From positions 1-62,403 of the forward strand of contig NIVC01004057.1 in assembly GCA_002269645.1 (NCBI GenBank): a stretch of 62,403 nt of DNA. The letters run 5' to 3'. The first letter of the stretch is position 1. Each line of letters opens with the position of its first letter. The notes below the pieces were generated by a model. The model saw only the letters and a program-made list of their open reading frames with translations, had not been told where the DNA came from and made no database searches. The stretch is from Macrostomum lignano. Its lineage: Eukaryota. The position numbers were made by a program, and so were the translations under genes. This document shows positions 28,845-41,382 of the stretch, piece after piece.

Positions 28845-28935
28845 ACCTGCAGGCAGTTTGTCACCCTGAGACCTGCAGGCAGTTTGTCACTGACACATGC
28901 AGGCAGTTTGTCACTCTGACACATGCAGGCAGTTT
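28845..28935. repeat. Short tandem repeat (ACCTGCAGGCAGTTTGTCAC), about 4 copies
   Basis: Direct repeats. Confidence 0.8.
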
Positions 28936-31221
28936 AGGCCAGAAAGAAACTAAAAAGCAGAAACTCTAGAAAGCTCCTGCATTCAGGTGATGGAGAAGTG
29001 TCTGCTGTAGTCCGCTTAAGCGATTGCAGATTCCCTGAGACTCGTGCACAGCGCGCTAAGTCCAGCAGTCCGATACAATCCGTTCCTAATCTTCATGCGA
29101 ATTCCTGACGGACTCTGTCAACAACCCTCTCATATGCGTGCTCCATGTTTTGCATAGATTCCAGAGTCCCTCCATCTGTTATCCTTGCTGCAAAGGAAGC
29201 TGAGATTCCTCCTCATAAGCAATCGCTTGCAGGCTGAAAGCTGCTAGAGCTCAGGTGAGTCCGGCTTTAGGTCTCTACCTCACTCACGGCTGGCTTGAGC
29301 CGACAGAAAAGCAATTTGCGTGGATCAACCGGTAAATTGAGGAATAAGTAATGCACTCAGGGAAAAAAACGAACTCAAGAGGAGTATATGATGGAGCATT
29401 AGGATGGAAAGAATTTTTTTGGAGAGTTTCTTGTCGAATCGCAAAAGCTAAAAAGCTGGGAGAGTTGCTCAGAGAGAACTGAACTGATCAAACAGCAAGG
29501 CCTTTTTAGACCTCTAATATACGAGCTAAATTGGGCAAGTCTGCCATATTGAAGGATCAGTAAGAAATTTACAAGATAAGCCCGTTTTATCCTGACAGAT
29601 GAGCCTGACAGATGAGCATTAAATGAGTAGAGCATATGCGCGAGTGCCTGAGCTGAGCTCAATGTTGGCTGTATGTTTTCTCCCAGCTGGGGCTCCCAAG
29701 TGTTCAGTTGGCATTACAGCAGTAGCATTCGCAATTGGCTGTTCCTCTTGTACACCTGAGCTTCTTGAGTCTCGGGACTCGGAAAGGTGGAAGGAGGTTT
29801 AGAGGGGAGTTTCAGACCGAGCAGCTGAAATGTAAGCCGTGTCACTCCCGAGCTCCCAGATCCCGGATGTCCCGGCATTGGACAGGCACCTAGGGAGGCT
29901 TCTCTCTCTTCTCTCCTCTTGTCAAGAGGCGGCTCGGGCACTGTCGAATATTTCATATTTTTCCGTTCTGCCGTTCCACTCCACTATGCCTCAGAGTGGA
30001 GCTTGAGTGCAATAAACAAGAGCAAGATAGAAGCAGATCACACTTCATCGCTCGAGATGGCCTCCAGCAGTCAGTGGGGCCAGCCCGGACCCGCACCTGC
30101 CACCTCGGCCGCTTGAAATTCTCGTCCGCTCCGGGTCGTTGCGAACCGAGGGTCGAAAGGTAACTGCAGGGACGGGGGTTGAAAACTCTACTCGTGGCTA
30201 GTAGTTAATTTTCCCGCATACGAGCGTATTATCCTGATTGTCGCAGGGCTGCAGGGAGCAATTATCGTTAATTAGGTACTAATTACCTCCTCAGAAGACT
30301 TTCGGCGTCTCACATCTAGCTTACCTTGCTTATTGTTTGCAAAGCTTTCATATTAATTCATTTTAAACTAATTAAAGGCCGCACCAGAAGATCGAAAGAT
30401 GATAGCTCTAGAAAATACGTTAGGTGCAGTTAACTTCAGCAGTTGCTATTAGCTCGTGAAAGGACAGCTTTTCCGAGTTTTTTGCCATCAGGCTAGGCTG
30501 AGTTATTTGGTGATAGCCTGAATTTTAGAGCCTGTAAGAAAGGCAGACGTTCAAAGCAGAAATGCTTCCGCAGTAAAGATGAAAGCTGATATTGCTGTAA
30601 GCATGCCATGGCTTGACTGCAGAGCGGAACCAGCGCTATTGAATCACGTGCCTCTCAGATCGCATGGCTCAAGAATAGTCGCTGAGTTGATGCTCAAAAC
30701 AGTAGATCAGATATTGAAAAGAGGCCTTTGATGTGGGCAAACCTGCAGCTTGAATAGATAGATAGCGGCCCAGCTAGCGGAGAGAGTCAAAGAGGCGAGC
30801 AGTTTTCACGATCAGTCAGGTCCAGAGCTCTCGTCCGTGCGGTGACCGGCATTGCGGATCCGGGACAGAGCGCTGGAGGTAAGGGAGCCCGATCCAGCCT
30901 TCTTAGTGCACTTTACCATGGATGATGATGAGGCTTTATGGCCGGAGGTTGAGAACTTACCTGCGTGAGGAGGGCTTCCGCGCTGAGTAGGCTGTGCTTA
31001 TGAGGGAAGCTCTCTCAGTGGTCTCGCGGTTTTAGCTAACTCCCATTTACATAGTCCTCGGGTGAGCAGTCATTCGCATTGTGACTTGCTTAGCTTAGAT
31101 TTTTTGCTGGATGCGCTGCTCTATGAATCTTTTTCAACTCTGATTGTAAGGCGTTTCAGAAGCTATCAACCGGAGCAACTGGCTCAAGTAGTGAACAGTA
31201 TCACAAGGTACTTCAAACTCA

Positions 31222-31500
31222 TGAGGAGGTTGTAGCTTAGTGGTTAGAGCGTCGGACTCATGACTTGAAGGTCGGGGTTCGATTTCCGATTCCACTGAAA
31301 CTATTTGAGTCCTTGAGCTATACACTTAACTCTGCATTGCTTCAGTTCACCCAGCTGTAAAATGGGTGCCAGCATTAGCTGGGGTAATTGAGGCTGTGTG
31401 TGGCAACCCACCAGTCCTTGGACTTTGCAATAGCTGCGGCTGAGCTGCCGGTTGCACATCTGGCCCAATTTGAGCAGGTGTAATCAGTTATTTTTATTAT
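31222..31500 (+). mobile_element. tRNA-derived SINE, copy 2
   Basis: TAGCTTAGTGG A box, GGTTCGATTTCC B box, same core and tail as copy 1. Confidence 0.82.
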
Positions 31501-31996
31501 TGGGCTTACGATAAACGCGGAGCAAAGAATTTGGAGCTGAAAAGAAGGAGCTTTTGACTATCTTAATGGTTTTACGAGCTAAATGCTTTTCTTGTATTTA
31601 CTTCGACTTGCTGGAAACAAAAAAGCAGCAATGGTATCGATCGACATTGACCTAGTTAGTTTTAAAGCTGCTGTACCATGGAAGTAGACCAAACTCGACC
31701 TTTCTTCAACTTTTCTCAAGGCGAAGACGATATCTGAAGGGATCCTGGCAGACCAGCAGAGTTCAAACTCATTTTCAATGCGCCCCTGTAATCTACCAAA
31801 GTGCATCCAGCTGGAGACTATTTTAAATATATTTTATTTTGAGATGAATTATAATAGTACATCGCACTGGCAATAGTTTCTACCTGAGTTAACGAAAAAT
31901 TCTATGTTTGACTTCCTCCCACGTTTGAATCCCAATGTGAAGTCAGTTCATAAAAACTGTGCATGTTTGCCTCTTCCTATTGTTCCCTGCACGGTC

Positions 31997-32134
<138 letters not shown>

Positions 32135-32770
32135 CTGCTGTTCCCCGTGCATCCCTACCCCAACCGGACTTCTTTGGGATGAGAGCAGCCTCAAGCCCCA
32201 GAGCTGTACTCAGGGTCGGCAAGGGCCACCCAGTCGGGAAAAGTAGGGAAAACAACGATGGGAGAGAGAAATGGGAGACGGATCGGCAAGGAAGAACGCG
32301 GTCGGAAGGCAACAATTGTGGAGCTAACAGAAAGCAGTTAGAATGCAAGAGGTTAGGCGGATGGAATTGGAAGACCAGAAGCAAAGGCTTGGTGAGCTTT
32401 AATCGGCCTTTCCTAACTCAGAGTAGGTTGCAGCATCTCCCCATCTCGCCTCCCCTGTGTGAACCGCGATAGGCCCAGAGAGAGACAGGGAGATTCAATT
32501 GCTACGGCTGCCCTGATCTCGTATTAAATAGTAAATGCGATTCCCGCGCTTTCTAACTAAACCAAAATAGGATAGAACGCCATTCAGAATATACGAGCGT
32601 ACAAAATCCAAATTGTTAAGTAGAAAAGAACTCAGCCAGACCCTTTAAAGAATCCTTAGTTAACAGAGCGTAAAAAAAGTCAGACCAGTTATAACGGACC
32701 CATCGAGACCAGAACAGAATCGGAGAGTCAGACAGGAGGACAGCCAACAAGCCCACTGAGGCGGCAGTGT

Positions 32771-35700
32771 ATGGCCAAAGCGGCTAAATTGCAGACAATG
32801 CGGGCTCTTCACGACTCCATCCGGCGTTACGAGACCTCTAACACCTCGCGTCGGCGCAGCTCGGTGGCTCTGCGTGCTGAGCCACCGACACCGTCAGCTC
32901 TGCGCCGAGCAGCTGCTGAATCTGCATCGGTAGACACGGAGAATGCAACCGGGGCGCATGCTCCAGATTTTACGCAGGCCTGAGCGCCTGTTTTGGCCGC
33001 GTGACTGCGACGGCAACCACGGCGGAAAACCCCCTGCCAGAGGAGCCAACATTCTGGCAGCAGGCCAAGTTCAGCTGCCGCTGCCCGCCGCACGGCTACG
33101 TGGCTCGCTGGATCACCGGCCTCGTGTCCATCCTGGTACTCTACGGCACGCTCATTGTGCTGGTCGGCGAGAACGCGCTACCGCAGACCTGCGAGTTGGT
33201 TGTCACTGCAGCCACCCCCATGGATACGACCGAAGCAGCAAACGTCAGCTCTTCAGTACCAGAAAATGAGAACTCGAACAGCACGACAGACTCAATCGTG
33301 ACAAAGTCCTGCCACGGTGGAAACATCTTCGGACTGTTTGTGCTGTTCGTCTGCTCGATGGTGGCCAGCTCCTGGTCCAAGAAGCTCAACTTGCCTCCTC
33401 TGCTCGGAATGCTGATTGTTGGCTGTATCCTTGGCAACGCTCCGGAGATTAACGTTGCCAGGCACATTCGAAAGGAGTACTTCAATAAGCTTCGCGAATT
33501 GGCCCTGTGCGTCATCCTGCTACGCGCCGGCCTCAGCCTCGACCCCAACACCCTGCGGCGCCTGTCAGCGGCCGTGTTCCGCCTGTCCTTCGTGCCCTGC
33601 CTGGTCGAGAGTTTCGTGAGCGCGGCCGCCGCTCGCCTGATCCTGGGCTTTCCATGGGAGTGGGGATTTATGCTGGGTGAGTCTCGAAAGTTTTGACGAG
33701 TTGATCAACTCAAGTTTTCATCAAATCGATCCTAGGGTCTATAAGCATTACAAAAATACGGTAGCAGTAAGGAGTTATGAATAGAAATTAAAAGCATAGA
33801 AAAGTCTAAAAAAGTGAGCTGCACTCATAACACGACAGGCTTTGTACTGGGCGCGGTGTCTCCGGCTGTAGTGGTCCTTGGCATGCTGAAACTGGAGTAC
33901 CGCGGCTACGGCGTTGAGAAAGGCATCCCGACGCTCATCATCGCCGCCTCCTCCATGGACGACGTTCTGGCCATCACCGGCTTCAGCCTGGCGCTGGGCA
34001 TCGCGGCCGACGGCAGCGGCAGCAGCGGCAACGGCAGCATCGCCAGGGCACTTTTCCGCGGTCCACGCGACGCTCTGATCGGTATCGTGTACGGAGCGGC
34101 GGTCGGCGCGCTGCTCTGGTACATCCCTCACCGGCAGCACAAGCGGCCCATCATGTTCCGCTTCATTTTTCTGGTCGGAGCTGGCATTGTGGCCCTGCTG
34201 GGCTGCGAGATGGTTCACCTCAAAGGCGCTGGTGAGAGACTCCACAAAGCTTGTTTGTATCGGAGTGTCTTAAGTGTAGTTGTACTTTTCTCACTTTTTT
34301 CTGCGTCTTTTCTATTGCTTTTGATGTCTTCCTGTCCTTGATCAGCATGGACAAGCAAAGTTCTCATTCGGAATCATATTCAATCATGTTTGAGCCTGAG
34401 AACTCTGGGAACCGGCTATGATTACGCATAATGTGCCCTCATAACTAGTCAGACATATTTCTCCAGGTTTCCGGCTTCCATATGGCACAGGAATTCGCTG
34501 AATTATCAATCGAATGATGCAGTAGAATTGTAGGGGAGTCTGAATTCGCTGTCTCACCATTGCTTTGATAAATATGATCGTTTTTGGCAATCAACCTCAA
34601 TTCCATATATCAGTATGACCAGTTTAGTATCGCGTGAAGACTCGAGAAGCTGAGTCTTAAAGAGAGGTTATCAATACTGCTGTTAATCCCATGTAGTATT
34701 ACCTTCCCTGTGTTTAAATCTAAATATCAATGTTTAGAAAGTAATTTCTCAAGAAATGCGGTTAGATGAAACTTCGATTGTCAATAGCAATAGCAGATAC
34801 GCGTCGTTGGGAGTGGGCAGTTTCAAGCCCAATTACGAGGTGCGAGGACATGCATCACGCTTGTGGCATGACTACTTGGCTTAGTCTGCGATGTTGAGAT
34901 CATTTTTCCTGCTTAGATCTGTCAGATCTTCTTCTCACCTCTGCAGCCTGGAATATGTCAAAAAGAATGTCAAAAGCTCCCTGGGCATGCAAAATGTCTG
35001 CATTTAATCGGGATTGTCTTGTTTAATCCAAATATTCTGAGCGAAGGATCTCGATTTCAAGCTCTGGAAGTGACGGCGGGAATTCTTCTAAGCAGGGAAG
35101 GACTGAGATACTTCCCATGAAACTGCCTGCCAGTGACAGTCTCCGGGGCTGAAGGGCCTCCCGTACTCTCCAGCATCCAGGGTGAGTCGCTAGCGAGGAA
35201 GTGACTGTTGCGGGCAACTGTCAATTCGACAGAGCTGAAGTCCTCGAAACTCAATCAGACTGCAGTCGCGGACGACGTTCCATTCATATCAACTAAGCGC
35301 TGTCCTTCGGCACTGCTAATTGGCAACTAATTAATTCATTTTTCTCTTTCCCTCTCTCGCACATTTAAGCCGTTCGGTCACATCGCGATGGAGACGCAAA
35401 ATAAGATCTTTTCCATTCTCTCATTTTATCGTGTATTTTAATAACCAAGCTTAACAAATGTTTTCTGTTTTACTTCGCCAAGCGATAAGCCGCAAAAGTG
35501 CATTGGGTTGAATAAGAAAATCTTCAACTGAAGCAAAAAAGTCATTTGAGAGTCGAAAGCAAACGAATAGATGTAGACATTGGGAACACCGAACCTATCC
35601 ACGTATGGGTATGGGATGCAAGAATAAAGTGATGCGTTGCAAGTGTGTCACTCAGTTTTCCAAGGAGGTTGAGCGCTTGATTAATGTAGCCATGACTGGG

Positions 35701-37685
35701 TTGGTAACTCGGCACGGACTTCTCGGGGCTGAGCAGATTGCCAAAGCCGGTTTGACAGCCTGGAGACGGGCGCTCCCCAAGTGAGTTGGTGACGGCACGA
35801 AACTCTTTTTGTTCCTGTCAACATTGGGGGTAGTAGGGAAGGCTCTCCGTGCCGCCTACTACTGAATTGAGGCTGTTTCTCTCGAAATTGTGTTTCTGTT
35901 CGTGAGATTAATTAACCCTGACGTACGTAGCATTCCTAATGCTTTGCACCGGGACTAAAGGTAATTCTAGCACTCTCCAAGGTGTAGCATCTCAGAATTT
36001 ATGGAAAACTCTAATTAACCCAGATTTTTATTAGGCTCATGATTTTTTAATCTCGGGAATAATCCACGTTGCAGGAGGGCCGTAGCCCAGTGGTCTACCA
36101 TGGCACTCTGATGTCTGGATTTCAACTGCAGTCAGTCACATTAATTTTGGGGCTAAACTGGAATCCCAGCTTGGCTCTGCTCGTGCAATTAACGCCCTTG
36201 AGGGCCAACCACCAGGGACACAGTGAAGTGTAGCTGTAGACTCCTTTGTGAGTGTGTGCCTGTGCGTATGACTGCGTACGTATCCGCTTGCTTGTGTGCC
36301 TGCTCAGGAAAAAGTCGTCGAAATGGGCAGTAGTGCCTCTCGCCGGTTGTGTGACAATGTCGCTTATAAAGTGCGCCAGGGTGCCCCCTGCCTCGCATGG
36401 TCCTGACGTTTTTGCTGGTTTTTGCTGGTCTTATAAGATTTTAAATAGATAAATAAAGTGTGGCTTGCATTAATCTATTTTTGATTTTTACTTCTGATTA
36501 ATGTTTGAAGTGCCGTAGATTAAAAAACAAACAGTTGTACAGATTACATGAGTACATTAAATTAGTCATGCAACTTCCGCACTTCAAACTCCAGGAGCCA
36601 TGGCTGTGCTCACTCTGGCCTTAGTATCCGGCTACGGCTGGCGCCGCTGGGACGGCTGGTGCGACGAGAAAAATCCGATGCTGGCCCCGCTGGACACGCT
36701 GTGGTGGTTCATGCAGCCGCTGCTGTTCGGCCTCATCGGCGGTCAGATTGACTTCGAGAAGATCCAGCCTGGCCAGCTGGCGCGCGGGCTGGGCGTGGTC
36801 GGCATCGGACTGGCGCTGCGCATGGCCGCCAGCTTCTTGTGCGTGCTGGGCACCAACCTTAGCCTGAGGGAGCGGCTGTTTGTGCCATTTTCCTGGCTGC
36901 CCAAAGCTACTGTTCAGGTAGGCAAAAGGCTCAGTCGATATCGGACTAAAATCAATTACGTATAGCATTTCAAATAGGTATCTATGCTTATACTGGATTT
37001 CGTGAACGCAATGCGAATCTTCACCAGGGTTGACTTGCTAACCTCGACTGATACCTACTAATGATTATAGCTATTTTAAGTATAGAAATGATCAATAATC
37101 AGAACCCAAGCAGTGGTCCTCCTTGACAACCCTCTGCTCCAGGCCGCTATCGGTCCCGTGGCTCTTGACATGGCCCTATCCAAGCAGAATCGCAACGACC
37201 AAGAGGTCGACTGGGCCAGCCAGATCCTCACCATCGCGGCCCTCGTGATTCTGCTCACCGCTCCAATTGGCGCCTTCCTGATCGCCTTCTTGGGCCCGAA
37301 GATGCTGCAGCGCGATCGCAACTGGGAGCAGCACCACTTCGAGCTGTCAGCCAGGCAGCACAGCGGCCAGCACACCCGAGCGAGGACCGCCAAAGCGGCT
37401 GCAGCTGCAGTGGCTGCCGTGGCCCTTGCCACAGCATCCGTGGCCGGCCGGCCGGGTTTCCTGCGCGCCACAGCCAACGATTGTCGACGCGACGCGGACG
37501 AAATCGTCGCCCTCGAGGACAACGACGCTAATATTGAGACGGAAGTCCGGCCTAAAGCGGTGTCGAACGTCTCGACAGTAGACGAAACTAAAGAGGGCAT
37601 CAACGGCGACTTTGCCCGACGCTTCGGCCTCGGGTTGGGCGCGTCTCAGCCAGCTGCGGCCCGATCGCGGCGAACCTCTCTGTAG
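32771..37685 (+). CDS. SLC9B: SLC9B/NHA-type sodium/proton antiporter, 4 exons, one frameshift in exon 1
   Basis: Exons ~32771-33676, 33839-34231, 36595-36917, 37143-37685 with GT-AG sites in matching phases. Motifs LPPLLGMLIVG, ILLRAGL, GFVLGAVSPAVVV, IIAASSMDDVLAITGF (paired Asp), QPLLFGLIG, WLPKATVQ|AAIGP. Frame changes between 32920 and 32980. Confidence 0.9.
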
Positions 37686-39913
37686 AGATGGATTTCTCTG
37701 GGGCTGCCCAATGCGGCCTGGAATATAGCTGTATCGAGGAAGTTGTTAAAAGACCTTCTTGGCAAATGGAAAGGAACGTTGGCATGCTCTTATTGATCGT
37801 AAAATTGCTTCTTTCTAATCAGAAAGAATCCTAGCAAAGAAACTTGCTTCTTTTTTATGTTGTTCGTATTCATTGCTTTGTAGGATTGATTTGTCTGGGA
37901 GAATGAAACAAGAACTAGGCTTAGTATCCGGCATTCTCGCACAGATTCAATACTACATGCTAGAATCTGAATCAATGCACTATCCATTCTATTAACTCTA
38001 TACAATGCACTAGTTCATTGGACAGATTAATAAATTCCCTATTAACCTTGAATGGAGAAGATTGAGAAACAAAAGTCATGTTTGTGCCACTTACCTAGGG
38101 CCTAAACTAGAAAAAATAGTTTTTTGTCTTCATTGAATTCATTTACGAGCGTAATACCGTGATATCGTGACCTGAGTCCAAGAATTAAAGAATTAGGCGC
38201 TGATGAAGCAGCTAAAAACTCTTGTTGGTTTTGTTGCTCTGGAGTGTCAGAAAGCAACCTTGTTAACAATAAGAACAAGAAAATACGCTGTCAGGTCTTT
38301 TAAAAAACAGAGCATCACAGGCGCCTTAGGCAGCAGGTAAGTCAACGAAACACACCGACTACGCACCTGTCCCCACGTAGCATCAAATGAAACACAGATT
38401 GAAGACCCGAAGACTCAATCTAAAGAAAGCATTCGACAGTTCATACTCCAATGAATTGGCAAGAGGCTGAAAATTCCGAGTGCGAATCACTAAGGCAAAT
38501 CTGAAACCTACAAAAGTTAGTTTAACCACCAAAAAGACGACAAACTATTGTCTGCAAATAGGCCACTCGTTTGAAATACATGTACTTGATTATAGTTAGC
38601 CTAAGCGTATTGAAACGCTTAGGTGAAACAGCAGCTCGCCCGTTGCAATTATCTATGGCTGACTTCAATAAATAAAAAACTCGTATGCATATAAGTATTT
38701 AGTTAATTTCATACCACTTAACGCAGTCTGACTTGAAGAATATAGGATTCAATACTTGGTTTTGAGTGCTTAAATGTCTATGGCACTCGTGCGCTTCGTA
38801 TTGTAACACGATATTTAACACAATATTTAACTCTCTGCAAAATGCTTATTCTCAGTAACAATTTTTTTATTCACAAAATAGGGAGTTTTGGCCATAGACA
38901 ATTTCTTAGACATCATTCATTCTTTCTTTCTCTAGAATGCAGGGGGTGTTTTACGAACTGCGTCTTAAGACTGACTCCTTAGTTCCAACTTGGGCTCGAA
39001 CTTAAGACTGAGCCGTAAATGCGTTTTACAAACACTTAGGAGTCACTTCTAACCTCGATCTTAGCTAAGGTCGAGCTTTTGTTGTGGACGAGAAAGTTTA
39101 GGATAGGGTTGACCATAGACTAATTCTGTGGCGTCAAACTTTAGCCCAAACTTCATTCCAAAAGATCGGCTCTTGCTGCTCAGATAGCGACTTGAAACTT
39201 AGGACAACTCAAGATGTGTCCTAAAGTTAAGATCGACCATGACAGTTTTGGTCATAGACAGTCTCTCTTGATAAAACGCACCAGTCGTAAGTTCGATCTT
39301 ATCTTCCCATGCATGCAATGGCGGGTACAGCACGCCTGTGTAGCATGAGACAGACTAGGCCTACGGGCCAAGGTCTGCGATCCTACACACCTGCACCCCC
39401 TCTATTCTGGTGCAGGAATGGCAGGAGAACTCTCTCCAAGCTGACTCGCAAGCCGACCCAGGGGTTCACGCCCCGCATGTGTTCAAGGCAGCTCCAGAGC
39501 TGCTGGACTGACTGGGCTCCGGCGGCGGCAACCCATCCGTGGCCTTTTGGCCAAGTTGGGTACGGGCTCCGCCCGGAAGTGCACCTGTGCGTATCAGGTA
39601 CCTCTGGCCACGGCTCTGAGGAACAGGTACCACCCTCTGACCTTAACAGGGTATGCGGCCAGTCCGCAGGCTCCGGAGGCAGTCCTCCTGCTTCCCTCAA
39701 GGGCCCAGTGTAGTACCGTGCTGATGGTCCTTTGGTTCGGCCTCTGGTTTTTCCAAGCCGGGCTCTTAGCCGACGAGTTTCTCGGTTGCTAGCGGTCGGG
39801 CCGGTACGGGCTTAAGCCACCCCCCGGTCGCTACCTCTTGGCCTGGTTGTTGGGTTTGGGGTTACGGCCCAGCGGCTTCTCACCTTTAGTCCCCACTCGC
39901 CTTTCAGCGACTC

Positions 39914-41382
39914 ATGGAGTATTCATTTACCTCCGACACGTCCGAGGCTGCTGGAGCACCAACCGAGGTTGGCACCGCGGCCCAGCCGGACATTCGCAAC
40001 ACCGGAACCCCCGGTGCCTCTCAATCTGCCGCTGCCGCCGCTCAGGATAATACCGGAGTGGCTGGACAAGACAGCGGACCTCAGATTTCGAAAAAGAAGG
40101 CCCGTAGCATTGCTCGCTACAAAGCCTTTCTCCAGCGCAAAGCGGAGGAACGGAGGAATGCGAAAGCCGCCCCTCCGGCCACCTCTGAGGAGGGTGCCGG
40201 TAACTCTGCGAACCCCGCGGAGGAGCCGACATCTGACAAGGGGGTGGACCCCGCGCGCCGGTCTGATGCGTCAGGTGCCGTCGAAGCTCCTGGTGCGGCT
40301 GGCCCCTCCCGTGACCGGACCTCTGCCCGTGTGGAAGCTCCCACGGCCGTGGAGGGATCCAAAGCGGGGGCGCTGGCCAAACCACAAAGCCGAAGGGAAC
40401 CTACGCGGCTATGGCCAAAAGGCAGCCGGCCCTGGTTATCCAAGGCCAGGAGACGCCTCTTACGGCCGAACAGCTCGACCTTATCTGGCGCAGGTTGGAC
40501 TCCCACCTGGTCAAGATGGCCTTGAGCGGCACTACTATTCGAGTCCAAAAGACGAAAGTCGAGGACCAAGCCCTCTATATCCAGCCCACCGACAGCCAGT
40601 CAGGACAGCAGCTCCTCGAGCTGCTGAAAACCTTCGACTGGGGTACGGAGCTGGAGAACCTGTTCATCTACAGGGAGGACGAGCGACCCCGGACACACCG
40701 GCACCGTGCCTGGATCCCGGCTCGCAGCTGCATCACCAAGGCCGACGAGCTGCGTCACCTGCTAGTGGCTTCCAACCCGGAGCTACCGGCCAACGGTGTC
40801 GTAGTTCACGAGACCATCTCCAAGCCAGGCGGAGACGGTTTCACGGCTATTCTTGGACTGTCGGATAGCTGGATGCTCCGCTACCCGGACATGTCCATCA
40901 TATCTGTCGGGCTGTTGCAGATTCAGCTCTTTAGCTTTGAGTCTGACGCCACCCGCCCACCGCCCCCGGAGAAGCGTAAGCGGGCAGTCGGGGGCTCTGC
41001 CGGGCGGAAACGCCCAGGAAAAGAAGCTCCCGGTCGTCACGACCCCTCCGAGGACGTGGACCCTGTCAGAGGGAAAGCCGCGAAAGCTGCAGCAACAGGC
41101 GGACGTGGAAAGGGCCGGAAACCCGCCCGGAACACTATCCGCTCTGGTCTGACTCAGCGCGCGAAACAGCTGCTGGACACCGCCAAGGCCCCCAACCGCA
41201 GCCACCCCCAGCCCAGTGTCACCACTGCGGCCCCCCCGGAAAACCGGGCCGAGAGCGAGAATGCCGCCCAGGTGGCGGCCCCGCCCTCGACCATGGAATC
41301 CATCCGGGAGGAGCCCATGGAGCTGGAGCCTGGAGCTATCGGCGAGGCAGAAGAGGCAGCTCTCCTGCACAACTCGCCTTGA
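39914..41382 (+). CDS. LINE ORF1 (gag-like, DUF4780-like central domain); -1 frameshift near 40400
   Basis: ORFs 39914-40525 and 40411-41382 join as ...EP-YAAMAKRQPALVI...; RAWIP motif; basic/low-complexity termini. Confidence 0.75.

Noticed and set aside
28430-31150. Possible additional gene between CDKL and NHA
   Set aside because: Isolated splice-like sites and short ORFs only; no consistent model
34232-36594. Nested gene or extra exon in NHA intron 2 (near 35040-35250)
   Set aside because: All frames hit stops, and exons 2 and 3 join in phase without it
39307-39913. HDV-like or hammerhead ribozyme at the LINE 5-prime end
   Set aside because: No P3/L3 (YCCUCG-type) plus P1 arrangement; CTGATG at 39721 lacks the CUGANGA...GAAA core
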